This document shows positions 30,126-40,302 of a DNA stretch of 64,000 nt, one piece after another. The notes under the pieces were generated by a model that worked only from the letters and a program-made list of their open reading frames with translations, was not told where the DNA came from and did no database searches. Source of the stretch: Flavobacteriaceae bacterium. GTDB lineage: Bacteria > Bacteroidota > Bacteroidia > UKL13-3. Made by a program: the position numbers and the translations under genes. Position 1 is the stretch's first letter, and every line of letters starts with the position of its first letter. The stretch covers positions 19,166 to 83,165 of the forward strand of contig SHWZ01000004.1 of NCBI GenBank assembly GCA_009693575.1. The letters are read 5' to 3'.

Positions 30126-31229
30126 TTATTTTTTTAGAAATGGAAGTTTGGTTACTATCGCTTTCAATGCTTTATCGCGTATGCTCACATATATTTCGGT
30201 GCCTTCTTTGGCAAATGCGGTAGCCACATAGCCCATACCTATGGCCTTGCTTAATGTTGGCGACTGTGTACCCGAAGTCACCTCCCCCATCTCTTTTCCG
30301 TCAGCATCTATTATGGTGTAGTGCTGCCTTGGAATGCCACGGTCTATCATCTCAAAGCCAACCAATTTTTTCTTTATTCCTGTTTCTTTTAGGTTTTTAT
30401 GGTATGCTGAGTTTGTGAAGTCTTTTGTAAATTTGGTAATCCAGCCAAGTCCAGCTTCTATTGGCGACGTTGTATCATCAATGTCGTGGCCATACAAACA
30501 AAAGCCCATCTCCATTCGCAATGTATCGCGGCAGCCAAGTCCGCAAGGAATAATGTCAAATTCCTTTCCAGCTTCCATCACTGCATCCCACAAGCGGCGG
30601 GCATCGGAGTTCATCATGTATAGCTCAAAACCGCCAGCCCCTGTATAACCAGTGTTAGAAACCACCACGTTTTCGATACCTGCTACTGTACCAATAGTGA
30701 AACTGTAGTACTCCATGCTATTCAAGTCAAGCTCGGTCAATTTTTGGATGGTGGCCAAAGCATTAGGCCCTTGCACCGCAAGCAAACACATATCTTCGCT
30801 CATGTTTTCCATCTCCACCCCAAAGGTGTTTCGGCTGCTTATCCAATTCCAGTCTTTTTCAATGTTCGAGGCATTCACCACAAGGTAATATTCGTTTTCT
30901 TTCCAACGATATACCAGTAAGTCGTCGACTATTCCGCCTTGGTCATTTGGTAAACAACTGTATTGCACCTTGCCATCAGTCAGTTTGCTCACATCGTTGC
31001 TGGTCAATGCTTGAAGTAAATTTAGCACCCCATCCCCTTTCAAACAAAATTCTCCCATGTGGCTCACATCGAACATACCCACTGAATTGCGGACTGCGTT
31101 GTGTTCCTGAATAAGGTTAGCGTATTGCACAGGCATGTTGTAGCCAGCAAAGGGTACCATCTTAGCTCCAAGGCTAATGTGCAAGTCAGTAAGAGCGGTA
31201 GTTTTCAATTGTTCTATCGATTCGGTCAT
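30126..31229 (-). CDS. gcvT: glycine cleavage system T protein (aminomethyltransferase)
   Basis: FAGYNMPVQYANLIQEHNAVRNSVGMFDVSHMGEF is a GcvT signature. The ORF track extends to 31331; the preferred start is the internal MTESIEQ, giving about 367 aa. Confidence 0.85.
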   Translation of the reverse strand: MTESIEQLKTTALTDLHISLGAKMVPFAGYNMPVQYANLIQEHNAVRNSVGMFDVSHMGEFCLKGDGVLNLLQALTSNDVSKLTDGKVQYSCLPNDQGGIVDDLLVYRWKENEYYLVVNASNIEKDWNWISSRNTFGVEMENMSEDMCLLAVQGPNALATIQKLTELDLNSMEYYSFTIGTVAGIENVVVSNTGYTGAGGFELYMMNSDARRLWDAVMEAGKEFDIIPCGLGCRDTLRMEMGFCLYGHDIDDTTSPIEAGLGWITKFTKDFTNSAYHKNLKETGIKKKLVGFEMIDRGIPRQHYTIIDADGKEMGEVTSGTQSPTLSKAIGMGYVATAFAKEGTEIYVSIRDKALKAIVTKLPFLKK

Positions 31230-31342
31230 TGTGTTCGTGTTCTGGTAATTCTGATTACTATCAGGAAATTTGTGACCGCAAAAGTAATCTATTGGCACAT
31301 AGCTATGGAGCAGCTTTTGGATGTGTAACATTTAACTAACGA

Positions 31343-32575
31343 ATGGAAATCAAAATTTGCGTTAGCAACCACTCATTAGTTACTTTGCACCGTTTGAAAC
31401 GCTTTCCGTATCTCACCCGCAACATATTACTGCTCTCAGCGGTGAGCATGTTCAACGATGTTGGCAGCGAAATGCTCATCCCCATCATGCCGCTTTATTT
31501 CTCGGACATTGGTTTCAGCACGGTGCTTATTGGCTTTTTGGAAGGTGTTGCTGAAGCTATTGCTGCATTTGCCAAACTTTATTTCGGCAGATTGAGCGAC
31601 CAGAGTGGGCAGCGGAAGCCTTTCATCTTCTGGGGATACCTTCTCAGTGCTTTTTCTAAAACTGCTACTGGACTAAGCATCTTGCCTGGATCGGTTTTGG
31701 CCGCCCGCAGTGGCGATAAGTTGGGCAAAGGTCTTCGTACCGCAGCCCGTGATGCATTGCTGGCCGATGAATCTGCAGCTGAAAACAGAGGCAAAGTCTT
31801 CGGATTTCATAAGGCGGCTGACACACTTGGGGCAGTCATAGGACCAGGCATTGCAGTGCTTTGGCTCATCAGCAATCCAGGCAGTTTCAGAGAATTATTT
31901 TTGTTTGCCTTGTTGCCAGGTCTTTTGGCTTCGGGGCTGGTGCTATTGATAATAGAAAGAAAGCGAGTGACAGTAGGAAGCCAAAAGGCTGCGACATCTT
32001 TCAAATTCCTATTTAGCTATTTTGGCAAAGCTACTTTAGGGTACCGCAAACTTGTCTTTTGCCTTTTGTTGTTCACTTTATTCAACTCGTCCGATGCCTT
32101 CTTGTTACTTTTTGCCAAGCAGCAGGGTATCTCAGTTGTACATATTATCTTAATTTATATCGGCTACAATATCGTTTTTGCTCTTGCGGCATTTCCAGCA
32201 GGTATCTTGGCCGATAGGATTGGCATGAAACGAGTTTTTTTATTAGGGCTGGCTGTATTTGCTCTTGCCTATTTCATTATTGCTTACTCATCTTCCATAG
32301 GGGTGCTTATTTTTGGCTTTGCTCTTTACGGTTTCTTTCCAGCACTTACTGATGGAGTTTCCAAGGCTTGGCTCACACAATTGATTCCTGCCACTGAAAA
32401 AGCAACTGGGCTTGGATTTTTCGGCATGGCATCGGGGTTGTGTTTGTTGGTGGCCAGCACCTTAACAGGTTTTCTATGGAATAGCTTTGGGGCTTCCATC
32501 GCTTTGAGTGTATCTGCCTGTGGGGCAGTTTGCTCAGGCATTGTGCTTGTTATCTTTGCCAAAAAAAATACATGA
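31343..32575 (+). CDS. MFS transporter
   Basis: 12-TM profile. LSDQSGQRKPFIFWGY and GDKLGKGLRTAARDALLAD are MFS loop motifs. Confidence 0.7.
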   Translation: MEIKICVSNHSLVTLHRLKRFPYLTRNILLLSAVSMFNDVGSEMLIPIMPLYFSDIGFSTVLIGFLEGVAEAIAAFAKLYFGRLSDQSGQRKPFIFWGYLLSAFSKTATGLSILPGSVLAARSGDKLGKGLRTAARDALLADESAAENRGKVFGFHKAADTLGAVIGPGIAVLWLISNPGSFRELFLFALLPGLLASGLVLLIIERKRVTVGSQKAATSFKFLFSYFGKATLGYRKLVFCLLLFTLFNSSDAFLLLFAKQQGISVVHIILIYIGYNIVFALAAFPAGILADRIGMKRVFLLGLAVFALAYFIIAYSSSIGVLIFGFALYGFFPALTDGVSKAWLTQLIPATEKATGLGFFGMASGLCLLVASTLTGFLWNSFGASIALSVSACGAVCSGIVLVIFAKKNT

Positions 32576-32988
32576 GAATCTCCAAACTCTCCTTCTGCAT
32601 TGTGGCTATGTGCTGCCTTTCGGCTTGCCGCACCACCTACATGGTTAGTCAAAATAAAGTGCTTGTGTTTGGCTCAGGCGGCGGCATAACGGGGATGGTT
32701 ACTACCTATGTGCTCACCGCTGATGGCAAACTATACACTATGGCCACTCAAGGCACTAAAACTTTGCTAAAAGAGAAAATAAGAGCCAGAGAAGTGAACG
32801 AGCTTTTTGAAGAAGCGAAACAACTAAAAGACCCCAAGATGCAGTGTAACAGGCCCGGCAATATGTATTACTTCCTCTACATTTTCAACCAAGACTCCAA
32901 CCCTGACTGTATGTGGGGTGAAAATGGCTTCACACCATCGGCGGAAGTGTTGGAATTGTACAATGAACTGATGGAGCTTACCATTTAG
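32572..32988 (+). CDS. small hypothetical lipoprotein
   Basis: MRISKLSFCIVAMCCLSAC lipobox. The start overlaps the MFS stop (ATGA). The ORF track begins earlier, at 32530. Confidence 0.4.
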   Translation: MRISKLSFCIVAMCCLSACRTTYMVSQNKVLVFGSGGGITGMVTTYVLTADGKLYTMATQGTKTLLKEKIRAREVNELFEEAKQLKDPKMQCNRPGNMYYFLYIFNQDSNPDCMWGENGFTPSAEVLELYNELMELTI

Positions 32989-33127
32989 GTTGGTTCTACA
33001 AATCAAGTTTTAGAACAGACCTAAAGTACACATTGAGTCTACCCACCCGCAAACACTCGCTCGGTGAGACTCAGCTACAAAAGAATCAGGTTAAGTGTTT
33101 TGTTGGTAGGTCTCGGTCTAACAACAC

Positions 33128-33533
33128 ATGCACAACAAGCAACCACCGCCGCGGGCGGTGATTGCTTCAGGTAGCGGAGGAACCGTTGCTTTCAACATAG
33201 GACAAATACTGCACATTACCTACAAAGGAGCCAAAGGCACGGTGGCACAAGGAGTGCAACAACCCTACGAAATAGCAACAGTGTTTGAAGTTGACGACCA
33301 TCATATAAGCCTAAATATACATGCCTACCCCAATCCAACAACAGAGTATCTAACGTTAAATATTGGTATTAGTGAACTTTCAACTATTTGACTTAAGCGG
33401 AAAATTAGTTGAAACCCGAAAAATAACAAGCCCAACCGAAACCATTTGTATGGATCATTTGCCTGCTGCTTATTTTTTGAAAGTAGCAAATAACACGAAA
33501 GAAGTAAAAATATTTAAAATAATTAAAAACTAA
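33128..33533 (+). pseudogene. orphan T9SS C-terminal sorting domain remnant, frameshifted
   Basis: ...ISLNIHAYPNPTTEYLTLNIGISELSTI then stop. The other frame continues (L)FDLSGKLVETRKITSPTETICMDHLPAAYFLKVANNTKEVKIFKIIKN, which is the canonical end of a type A sorting domain. No signal peptide or cargo domain lies upstream. Confidence 0.6.
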
Positions 33534-33538
33534 TACCA

Positions 33539-33838
33539 ATGAAACAGATAATTACAATTTTTGCAGCAATTAGTATGACTGCAACTGTGTTTGCTCAAGC
33601 TCCGAATAAGATGAGCTATCAAGCCGTAATTCGCAACAGTACCAATAACTTGATTGTTACCAATAGTATTGGCATGCAAGTTAGCATTTTGCAAGGTACA
33701 GCAGCAGGAAATGCTGTAATGCGATTAGAACCAATTGGATCGGCACCTTCATCACCTTCAAAAGGTGATATGTATTTTGACAGTACATTAAATAAGTTAA
33801 GAGTTTATGATGGATCAACTTGGCAAAATTGCTGGTAA
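33539..33838 (+). CDS. truncated secreted protein: N-terminal fragment of a Bacteroidota T9SS-cargo family
   Basis: Signal peptide plus a KMSYQAVIRNSTNNLIV...GMQVSILQG domain typical of the N-termini of some T9SS cargo proteins. Ends after 99 aa in GDMYFDSTLNKLRVYDGSTWQN. Confidence 0.4.
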   Translation: MKQIITIFAAISMTATVFAQAPNKMSYQAVIRNSTNNLIVTNSIGMQVSILQGTAAGNAVMRLEPIGSAPSSPSKGDMYFDSTLNKLRVYDGSTWQNCW

Positions 33839-34079
33839 AAACAAATGAAAAGCTAACAGCACCTTCAAGAAATTGGCGGTTCAGTGATTAGTGATTAAAT
33901 GAGGCTTTGTGCTTCGTATCGGGTTCATTGGTGGCAGACAATATTGTGCTTCTAAATCGCGAGCTTCTATTAGCTGCAAACCGTCATAGCAATTGCAGCG
34001 GGCAAACATTCTGACAATTAACTGATGACATTCTTATTCTCGACAAAGCCATCGAAAAGAAACCTAAAGTCAATACTAC

Positions 34080-34535
34080 ATGAAAGCAAAAGGAAAAACA
34101 GTGCTTGATATTCTGATCAACCTTCCTGAAGACAGGGCAGAACCTTTTAACAAGCTACACGATATCATTGTAAAAAACCTACCCAGAGGTTTTGAAGCAG
34201 CCATTAGCTATGGTGGATTGGGTTACGTTATTCCACATACACTTTACCCTGCGGGTTACCATTGTAAGCCAAGCGAGCCGCTCCCCTTTGCGGGAATTGC
34301 TTCGCAAAAAAATTCTATTAATTTTTACCACATGGGTATCTATTCCGACCTCAAATTATTAAACTGGTTCGTAACCGAATATCCCAAGCATAGTAAACAA
34401 AAACTGGACATGGGGAAAAGTTGTGTCCGCTTCAAAAAGTTGGATGAGATTCCCTATAAACTCATTGCTGAATTAATGAAAAAAATAAGTGCGGAAGAAT
34501 GGATTGAAAAGTACGAAGCAGCATTGAAGCCTTAG
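34080..34535 (+). CDS. DUF1801 domain protein (YdhG-like)
   Basis: Sequence pattern consistent with DUF1801. 151 aa. Confidence 0.5.
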   Translation: MKAKGKTVLDILINLPEDRAEPFNKLHDIIVKNLPRGFEAAISYGGLGYVIPHTLYPAGYHCKPSEPLPFAGIASQKNSINFYHMGIYSDLKLLNWFVTEYPKHSKQKLDMGKSCVRFKKLDEIPYKLIAELMKKISAEEWIEKYEAALKP

Positions 34536-34622
34536 CCAAGACCAATTAAAACCAACACGAAAGCTACTGGAGCCAAAAAGTAATTTCGGTTGCTGACTGG
34601 CGAGTTGCCAACCATCGCCAAA

Positions 34623-35387
34623 TTAGACTATACCCCGTTCTTTTTTCACGGTTTCCCAAGCCTGTTGCACCTGCTTGAATAGCTCGTTAGCGTCTTTCTG
34701 ATACTCTTCGCCCAAGTGGGCAACCTTGTCGGGGTGATACTTGATGGCCATTTTTCGGTAGGCTTTCTTCAACTCCTCTTCGGTGGCTGTAGGTTCACAT
34801 TCCAAAATCTTGTAGGCACTGCCGCTGTCTTTGTAAAACATAGCTTTCAGGCTTTCAAAGTCCTGCTGACTGATGCCCAGCCATGCGGCAATGTTCTTTA
34901 TTACCTCCACCTCCGTAGAATGCACATGCCCATCGGCTGTCGCTATCCCAAAAAGGAAATGTAGCATCTGCACCCTGCTGGCATGGTCCACATTGCTGCG
35001 AATCTGTTGGCATACTTCCCGCACAGGTATATTCTGTTTCAGCAGGTCCCGCAGCATCAGCATACGGCCTTCCGTGTGTTCCTTGCCAAAGTTCCGCTTG
35101 AAAAACTCCCGCACATAGTCCAGTTCACCAGCCACCACCTTGCCATCGGCCTTCATCACCGCGGCACACAGCACCAACAAGGCGGCAGTAAAATCGCCTG
35201 TTGAGCCTTGCATCGGATTGCGGAAACCTCCACCCACCCTGCCTTGCCCAGTATCAGGCTGATGCTCTTGGCTGCCGGCTTCCACCACCGACCCCAGCAC
35301 GAAACCCAGTACCCCGCCAAGGGGGCCAGCCACCGCCCAGCCAAGGCCACTGCCCAGCCATTTGGCATATTTTGAAAAATTACTCAT
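34623..35387 (-). CDS. djlA: DjlA-like co-chaperone (TM segment, TerB-like domain, C-terminal J domain)
   Basis: N-terminal TM helix. TerB-like middle region. C-terminal J domain ([31 protein letters not shown]). The ORF track extends to 35552; [12 protein letters not shown] is the likely start. Confidence 0.6.
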   Translation of the reverse strand: MSNFSKYAKWLGSGLGWAVAGPLGGVLGFVLGSVVEAGSQEHQPDTGQGRVGGGFRNPMQGSTGDFTAALLVLCAAVMKADGKVVAGELDYVREFFKRNFGKEHTEGRMLMLRDLLKQNIPVREVCQQIRSNVDHASRVQMLHFLFGIATADGHVHSTEVEVIKNIAAWLGISQQDFESLKAMFYKDSGSAYKILECEPTATEEELKKAYRKMAIKYHPDKVAHLGEEYQKDANELFKQVQQAWETVKKERGIV

Positions 35388-35650
35388 AATTAAGGCTACG
35401 AAATACGGGGGGAGGCCGATTCGTTCATTCGTTAATTTGATAATTCGGTGAGGCATAAGAAATTGATGATAGTACAAGTCAAAACCCCTTGGAGAGATAG
35501 TACCTGTAATGTGTGGTTGACATTTCGAACAAAAAGCAACCATAACCTTCATCTAAACGTTACTGCCTACGTTTGCCCTTGATATTTTTATGCTGCTCTT
35601 TACAAATGCCATTCCTCGAAGGCACTAGTAATATAGTCTTAATTCCAAGA

Positions 35651-38077
35651 ATGAAATATATATATATTCTGCTGTTGGCGGTTGCAGCCACTTTATCGGG
35701 CATAGCCCAAACCGTAAAAATAGTGGACAGGGTAACCAACCAACCCATTGATGGCTTCACGGCCATTTGCCCCGGCAACCACACCTTGAAGGCGGATGGT
35801 CAATTTGACTTGCCGACAGATGTAAAGGCAGGCTTCGTAGTGATATGGGCCACCGGCTACAAAAATGCAGAGGTGAATGTGTTGCAACTGCCCAAAACCA
35901 ACTACATGATATACATGGAATCAGTGCCCCTCGACTTGATGGAGGTGGTGATATCGGCCAACCGCACCGCTGAAAAAAAGGTAGACATACCACAGCAAAT
36001 CGAAATAATAAAAAGCCGGGATATACAGTTTGGCAACCCCACGAGCAGTGGAGAAATGCTGAGTGGCACAGGTAATGTGTTTGTGCAAACGAGTCAGTAT
36101 GGCGGCAGCAGTCCGGTGCTGAGGGGATTTGAAGCCAACCGTGTGCTGCTGGTGGTGGACGGTGTGCGGATGAACAATGCCATCTATCGAGGCGGTCATC
36201 TGCAAAACGTTATCACTGTTGACCCAAATATACTTGACCGCACCGAAGTTATTTTTGGCCCTGGTTCTTCCATTTATGGGAGTGATGCTTTGGGCGGGGT
36301 CATGCACTTTTATTCCAAGAAACCAATGCTGGCTACTGGCAAGAAAAATAAGATAGCAAGGGGTGAGGCAATGCTGCGATACGGAACTGCCGCAGGTGAA
36401 AAAGCAGGCAATGTAAACTTCAACTTCGGTTGGCGGAAGTTTGCTTCACTCACCAGTATCAGTGTCAAAAACATGAACGATGTGATGACGGGCAGCAAAC
36501 GCATCCACGACAGTTTCCCTGATTTTGGCAAGCGGACTTTTTATGTTGAACGCATCAACGGATTGGACAGCATGATAGCTAATTCCAACGTGAACAAGCA
36601 GGTAGGCAGCGGCTATGGCCAACTAGATATTACACAAAAATTTCTTTATAGGCCAAGCAAGTATGTGGATGTAGCCGCCAACTTCCAGTATAGCAACAGC
36701 ACTGATGTGCCCCGCTATGACCGACTGAGTGAAACAGTTGGAGGAAAAGCGAGCTGGGCTGAGTGGTATTATGGGCCACAAACCCGTATGTTCACTTCGC
36801 TGCGGGCTGATTTTAGCAAAAAGAATAAACTATATGACCATGCCAACATTATTGTAGCCAACCAGAAGATACAGGAAGACCGCATACAACGCCGCTACCG
36901 CAGCAACAACCGTGACATCAGGGAGGAAACAGTAGTTGTGAATTCCATCAACCTTGATTTACAAAAGCAACTAAAAGCACACAACGAACTGAGATATGGA
37001 ATAGAGGTCCAAATGAACGATGTGACTTCTAATGCAAAGCGTGAGGATATTTCCAAAGGCACTTTTAGCGAGAGCATTACCAGCCGCTACCCCAGTGGTG
37101 AAAACAAGGTAAATTATACTTCGGCTTACCTGTCACATAGGTGGGAGTCCAATAAAAAAATCATCATCAGCGATGGCATCCGTATCAACAGGGTGAGCCT
37201 AAACTCGACCTTTAGCGATAGCAACATGGCGGTGATGAAGGTGCTGAAATTGACAGATTTTGAGCAAACGATACGGGAGAGCTATTCTGCTTTGTCAGGA
37301 AACCTTGGATTTGTATATAATGCCACCAAAGCACTTCGAATTTCATTCAATGGCTCTACAGGTTTCAAAGCCCCAAACCTCGACGACGTGAACAAGTTTA
37401 TGGACAGCAGGCCAGGAGGTTTTTTTGTAGTGCCAAACCGCAATCTAAAACCCGAATACAGCTACAACACCGAATTGGGAATAAGCTATACACGTCAAGA
37501 AAAGTATAGGGTAGAGGCCACCTTCTACTATACCCGCGTTGAAAATCTGATTGCCATCAAAAACACTACGGTGAATGGTATGGGCTCGATAGTGTATGAT
37601 GGTGTGATCACCGCAATCCAAAGCAATCAGAATCTTTTCCGAGCCGATGTACTAGGCGTGAATATCAACGGATTTTGGCAACTGAGAAAGGGGTGGGTAT
37701 TATACTCTACCATCAACTATACTAAAGGAACGCTCAACAAAACCACCAGCCCACTCGACCATATTCCACCTGCGTTTGGCAAAACAGGAATTCGCTACGA
37801 AACCAAAAAGCTACGTGTGGAATTCTATAGCCAATACAACGGCTGGAAGAAACTGGAAGACTACCGCTTAGGAGCCGAAGACAACGAAGTGTATGCTACG
37901 TCAAAGGGCAGCCCGTCTTGGTACACCATCAACATGAAAGTTGAGTATTCGTTTGCTAAACACTTCCGCTTGCAGACTGGTGTTGAAAATATTCTCGACC
38001 AGCATTACCGTGCGTTTGCTTCTGGTTTTTCTGCACCCGGCAGGAACATTTATCTGGCATTGCGGGGAAGTTTTTAA
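35651..38077 (+). CDS. TonB-dependent receptor (CarbopepD_reg N-domain, plug and beta-barrel)
   Basis: Signal MKYIYILLLAVAATLSGIAQ. Plug-domain motifs (NVLQLP..., GGSSPVLRGFEANRVLLVVDGVRMNNAIYRGG). C-terminal aromatic residue. No susD is adjacent. Confidence 0.85.
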   Translation: MKYIYILLLAVAATLSGIAQTVKIVDRVTNQPIDGFTAICPGNHTLKADGQFDLPTDVKAGFVVIWATGYKNAEVNVLQLPKTNYMIYMESVPLDLMEVVISANRTAEKKVDIPQQIEIIKSRDIQFGNPTSSGEMLSGTGNVFVQTSQYGGSSPVLRGFEANRVLLVVDGVRMNNAIYRGGHLQNVITVDPNILDRTEVIFGPGSSIYGSDALGGVMHFYSKKPMLATGKKNKIARGEAMLRYGTAAGEKAGNVNFNFGWRKFASLTSISVKNMNDVMTGSKRIHDSFPDFGKRTFYVERINGLDSMIANSNVNKQVGSGYGQLDITQKFLYRPSKYVDVAANFQYSNSTDVPRYDRLSETVGGKASWAEWYYGPQTRMFTSLRADFSKKNKLYDHANIIVANQKIQEDRIQRRYRSNNRDIREETVVVNSINLDLQKQLKAHNELRYGIEVQMNDVTSNAKREDISKGTFSESITSRYPSGENKVNYTSAYLSHRWESNKKIIISDGIRINRVSLNSTFSDSNMAVMKVLKLTDFEQTIRESYSALSGNLGFVYNATKALRISFNGSTGFKAPNLDDVNKFMDSRPGGFFVVPNRNLKPEYSYNTELGISYTRQEKYRVEATFYYTRVENLIAIKNTTVNGMGSIVYDGVITAIQSNQNLFRADVLGVNINGFWQLRKGWVLYSTINYTKGTLNKTTSPLDHIPPAFGKTGIRYETKKLRVEFYSQYNGWKKLEDYRLGAEDNEVYATSKGSPSWYTINMKVEYSFAKHFRLQTGVENILDQHYRAFASGFSAPGRNIYLALRGSF

Positions 38078-38134
38078 GCAAAAGGAATTGGAAGAAAGAA
38101 GTCGCATCCTGCAATGGGTGCGGCTTCTTTAAGC

Positions 38135-39151
38135 CTAAACTATATAATGCAAATCCCCCTCTTTTAAGTGTAGCGGCATCTCCCTGTTTTTTACATAAAG
38201 TCCACCTGTGCCAAGACCCTGCGGCAAAGGATTGTCATATTGCGATACCCACTGGGCTATCGCATTTAGGCCAATATTGCTTTCAAGAGCTGATGTAGCC
38301 CACCAGCCAATTTCGTATTTTTTGCAAATAGAAATCCATTCGTCGGCCACCCGAAAGCCGCCAAGCAAAGTGGGTTTTAGCACAAGGTATTTTGGGTTGA
38401 TGTATTGGAGCAGTTTCACATCAGGTTTTTGGCCAATGAGTTCCTCGTCGAGTGCTACCGCAATAGGCGACATAGCACAAAGTTCCTGTATGGCTTCCCA
38501 TTGCCCGGCTTTGATTGGCTGCTCGAAGCTATGGATTTGGAATCGGCTGAGGTCTTTCAACATTTGCAAAGCATCTGAATTTGGAAAAGCCCCGTTGGCA
38601 TCAAGCCTTATTTCCACTTTCCATTCACTATATCTTTTGCGAAAGTTTTCGAGCATCCGGCACTCCTCATCAAAATCCAATGCTCCGACCTTAAACTTGA
38701 TTGTGGTATAACCCAATTCTACTTTTTCAAATGCTTCCGACAACATGGTTTTACTCTCGTTCATCCACACCAGTCCGTTGATGGGGATAGGTTTTTCACT
38801 ACGGGTAAATGCTGTGTCGAAAAGTATTTTTCTACCACCGTTTTGCAAATCCAGTAAGGCCGTTTCCAAGGCAAACTGAATGGAAGGCAAGTTGGTCAAA
38901 TCAATATTCTCCAACGAAATGCCAGTATTGATTTGATCGCAAATGTTTTGTAGCCTTGCCTCAAAATCGGGAAGGTCGTCTATGCTCAATCCTTTCAACG
39001 GGGCTGCTTCGCCTGTGCCTGTCAATCCATTTTGGGTTAAGAAAATATAATAAACTGTATGCTCCTTCAAGGTATGCCGACTAGTGGTGGCCGGCGTCTT
39101 GAATTCAAGTACCGAATTTTGCCAGCGGGCCGCTATTGTGAGTTTGTTCAC
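38135..39151 (-). CDS. menC: enolase-superfamily o-succinylbenzoate synthase / dipeptide epimerase family
   Basis: KxK (IKFKVG) plus the metal ligands D (RLDANG), E (EQP) and D (ALDE), in MR/MLE subgroup spacing. Confidence 0.6.
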   Translation of the reverse strand: MNKLTIAARWQNSVLEFKTPATTSRHTLKEHTVYYIFLTQNGLTGTGEAAPLKGLSIDDLPDFEARLQNICDQINTGISLENIDLTNLPSIQFALETALLDLQNGGRKILFDTAFTRSEKPIPINGLVWMNESKTMLSEAFEKVELGYTTIKFKVGALDFDEECRMLENFRKRYSEWKVEIRLDANGAFPNSDALQMLKDLSRFQIHSFEQPIKAGQWEAIQELCAMSPIAVALDEELIGQKPDVKLLQYINPKYLVLKPTLLGGFRVADEWISICKKYEIGWWATSALESNIGLNAIAQWVSQYDNPLPQGLGTGGLYVKNREMPLHLKEGDLHYIV

Positions 39152-40290
39152 TTTGCCAGCAAACTTTCTACCAGCATTTCTTTCAGTTTGCCAACCACAA
39201 AATCTATTTCTTCCTTGGTATTTTGGTGACCAAAAGAGAAGCGTACATTGGCACGGTCAGTGGGGATATTCAGTTCGGCAAGCACATGGCTGCCCACATT
39301 GCTACCACTGCTGCAAGCACTACCACCGCTGCACGATATGCCTTCGATATCTAGCTTAAAAAGCATCATTTCAGTGTATGGACTTGGGGGCAGGCTCACG
39401 TTCAGCACCGTGTATAAACTGCGACCTTCCGGGTCACCATTGAAAGTGACACCGGGTACTTCGTCACGCAGCTTTTGAATCATGTAGTTTTTTAGTTCAA
39501 GTATATGCTTGTGGTCTGTTTCGAAATACTCATAGGCTATCTCCAAAGCCTTGGCCAGCCCCGCAATTCCGTACACATTTTCGGTGCCTGCACGCATGTT
39601 GCGTTCTTGTGAGCCACCAGTAATGAGCGGCTTTATTTTGTTTTCACTATTGATATAGATAAACCCAATGCCCTTGGGCCCGTTGAACTTGTGGGCTGCC
39701 GCAGCAGCGAAAGAGAGTTTAGTCTTTTGCAAATCGAGGGGGTAGTGACCCATTGTCTGCACCGTATCGCAGTGAAACCAACAGGAATTTTGATTACAAA
39801 GTTTTGCAACCTCATCAATATCAATCATGTTCCCAAGTTCGTTGTTCGCATGAAGCAGAGCTACCAAACTGCCTGGATTTTCTTTCACAAGAGTTTCCAG
39901 ATGCACAGTATCTATATGCCCGTCGTGAAGCAAGTTCACATAGCTGAGGCTGATTCTCCCTCTTTTGTGTAGGTCTTCCAATGTGTGGGTGAGGGCATGG
40001 TGTTCTATTTTAGAAGAGATGACATGCTTCACACCCAAGTCGTCCACACTGCAACGGATGGCCATATTGTCGGCCTCGGTACCGCCACTGGTAAAGAATA
40101 TTTCACCCGGAGAAACGTTCAGTAGGTTAGCTACCTTTTTGCGAGCATCTTCAATCAGTGCCCGCACTTTCACGCCATGCGAATGCGTGGAAGAAGGGTT
40201 GCCATAATCTTCGCTGATGACTTTGGCCATTACTGCGGCCACATCAGGGTGCACTGGAGTGGTGGCTGCATTGTCTAAATAGATTTTCAT
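39148..40290 (-). CDS. cysteine desulfurase (class V aminotransferase, NifS/IscS-like)
   Basis: DNAATTPV. PLP-lysine motif (AAAHKFNGPKG). Active-site Cys loop (SGGSACSSG). Overlaps the downstream gene by 4 nt. Confidence 0.8.
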   Translation of the reverse strand: MKIYLDNAATTPVHPDVAAVMAKVISEDYGNPSSTHSHGVKVRALIEDARKKVANLLNVSPGEIFFTSGGTEADNMAIRCSVDDLGVKHVISSKIEHHALTHTLEDLHKRGRISLSYVNLLHDGHIDTVHLETLVKENPGSLVALLHANNELGNMIDIDEVAKLCNQNSCWFHCDTVQTMGHYPLDLQKTKLSFAAAAAHKFNGPKGIGFIYINSENKIKPLITGGSQERNMRAGTENVYGIAGLAKALEIAYEYFETDHKHILELKNYMIQKLRDEVPGVTFNGDPEGRSLYTVLNVSLPPSPYTEMMLFKLDIEGISCSGGSACSSGSNVGSHVLAELNIPTDRANVRFSFGHQNTKEEIDFVVGKLKEMLVESLLAK

Positions 40291-40302
40291 GTTTTTCCTT
40301 TT

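Noticed and set aside
35388-35552. N-terminal 55-aa extension of the DjlA-like ORF ([12 protein letters not shown]...)
   Set aside because: The extension is Cys/His-rich and non-homologous. The conserved protein begins at [12 protein letters not shown] with a TM helix, and the extension would also overlap the divergent TonB-dependent receptor promoter.
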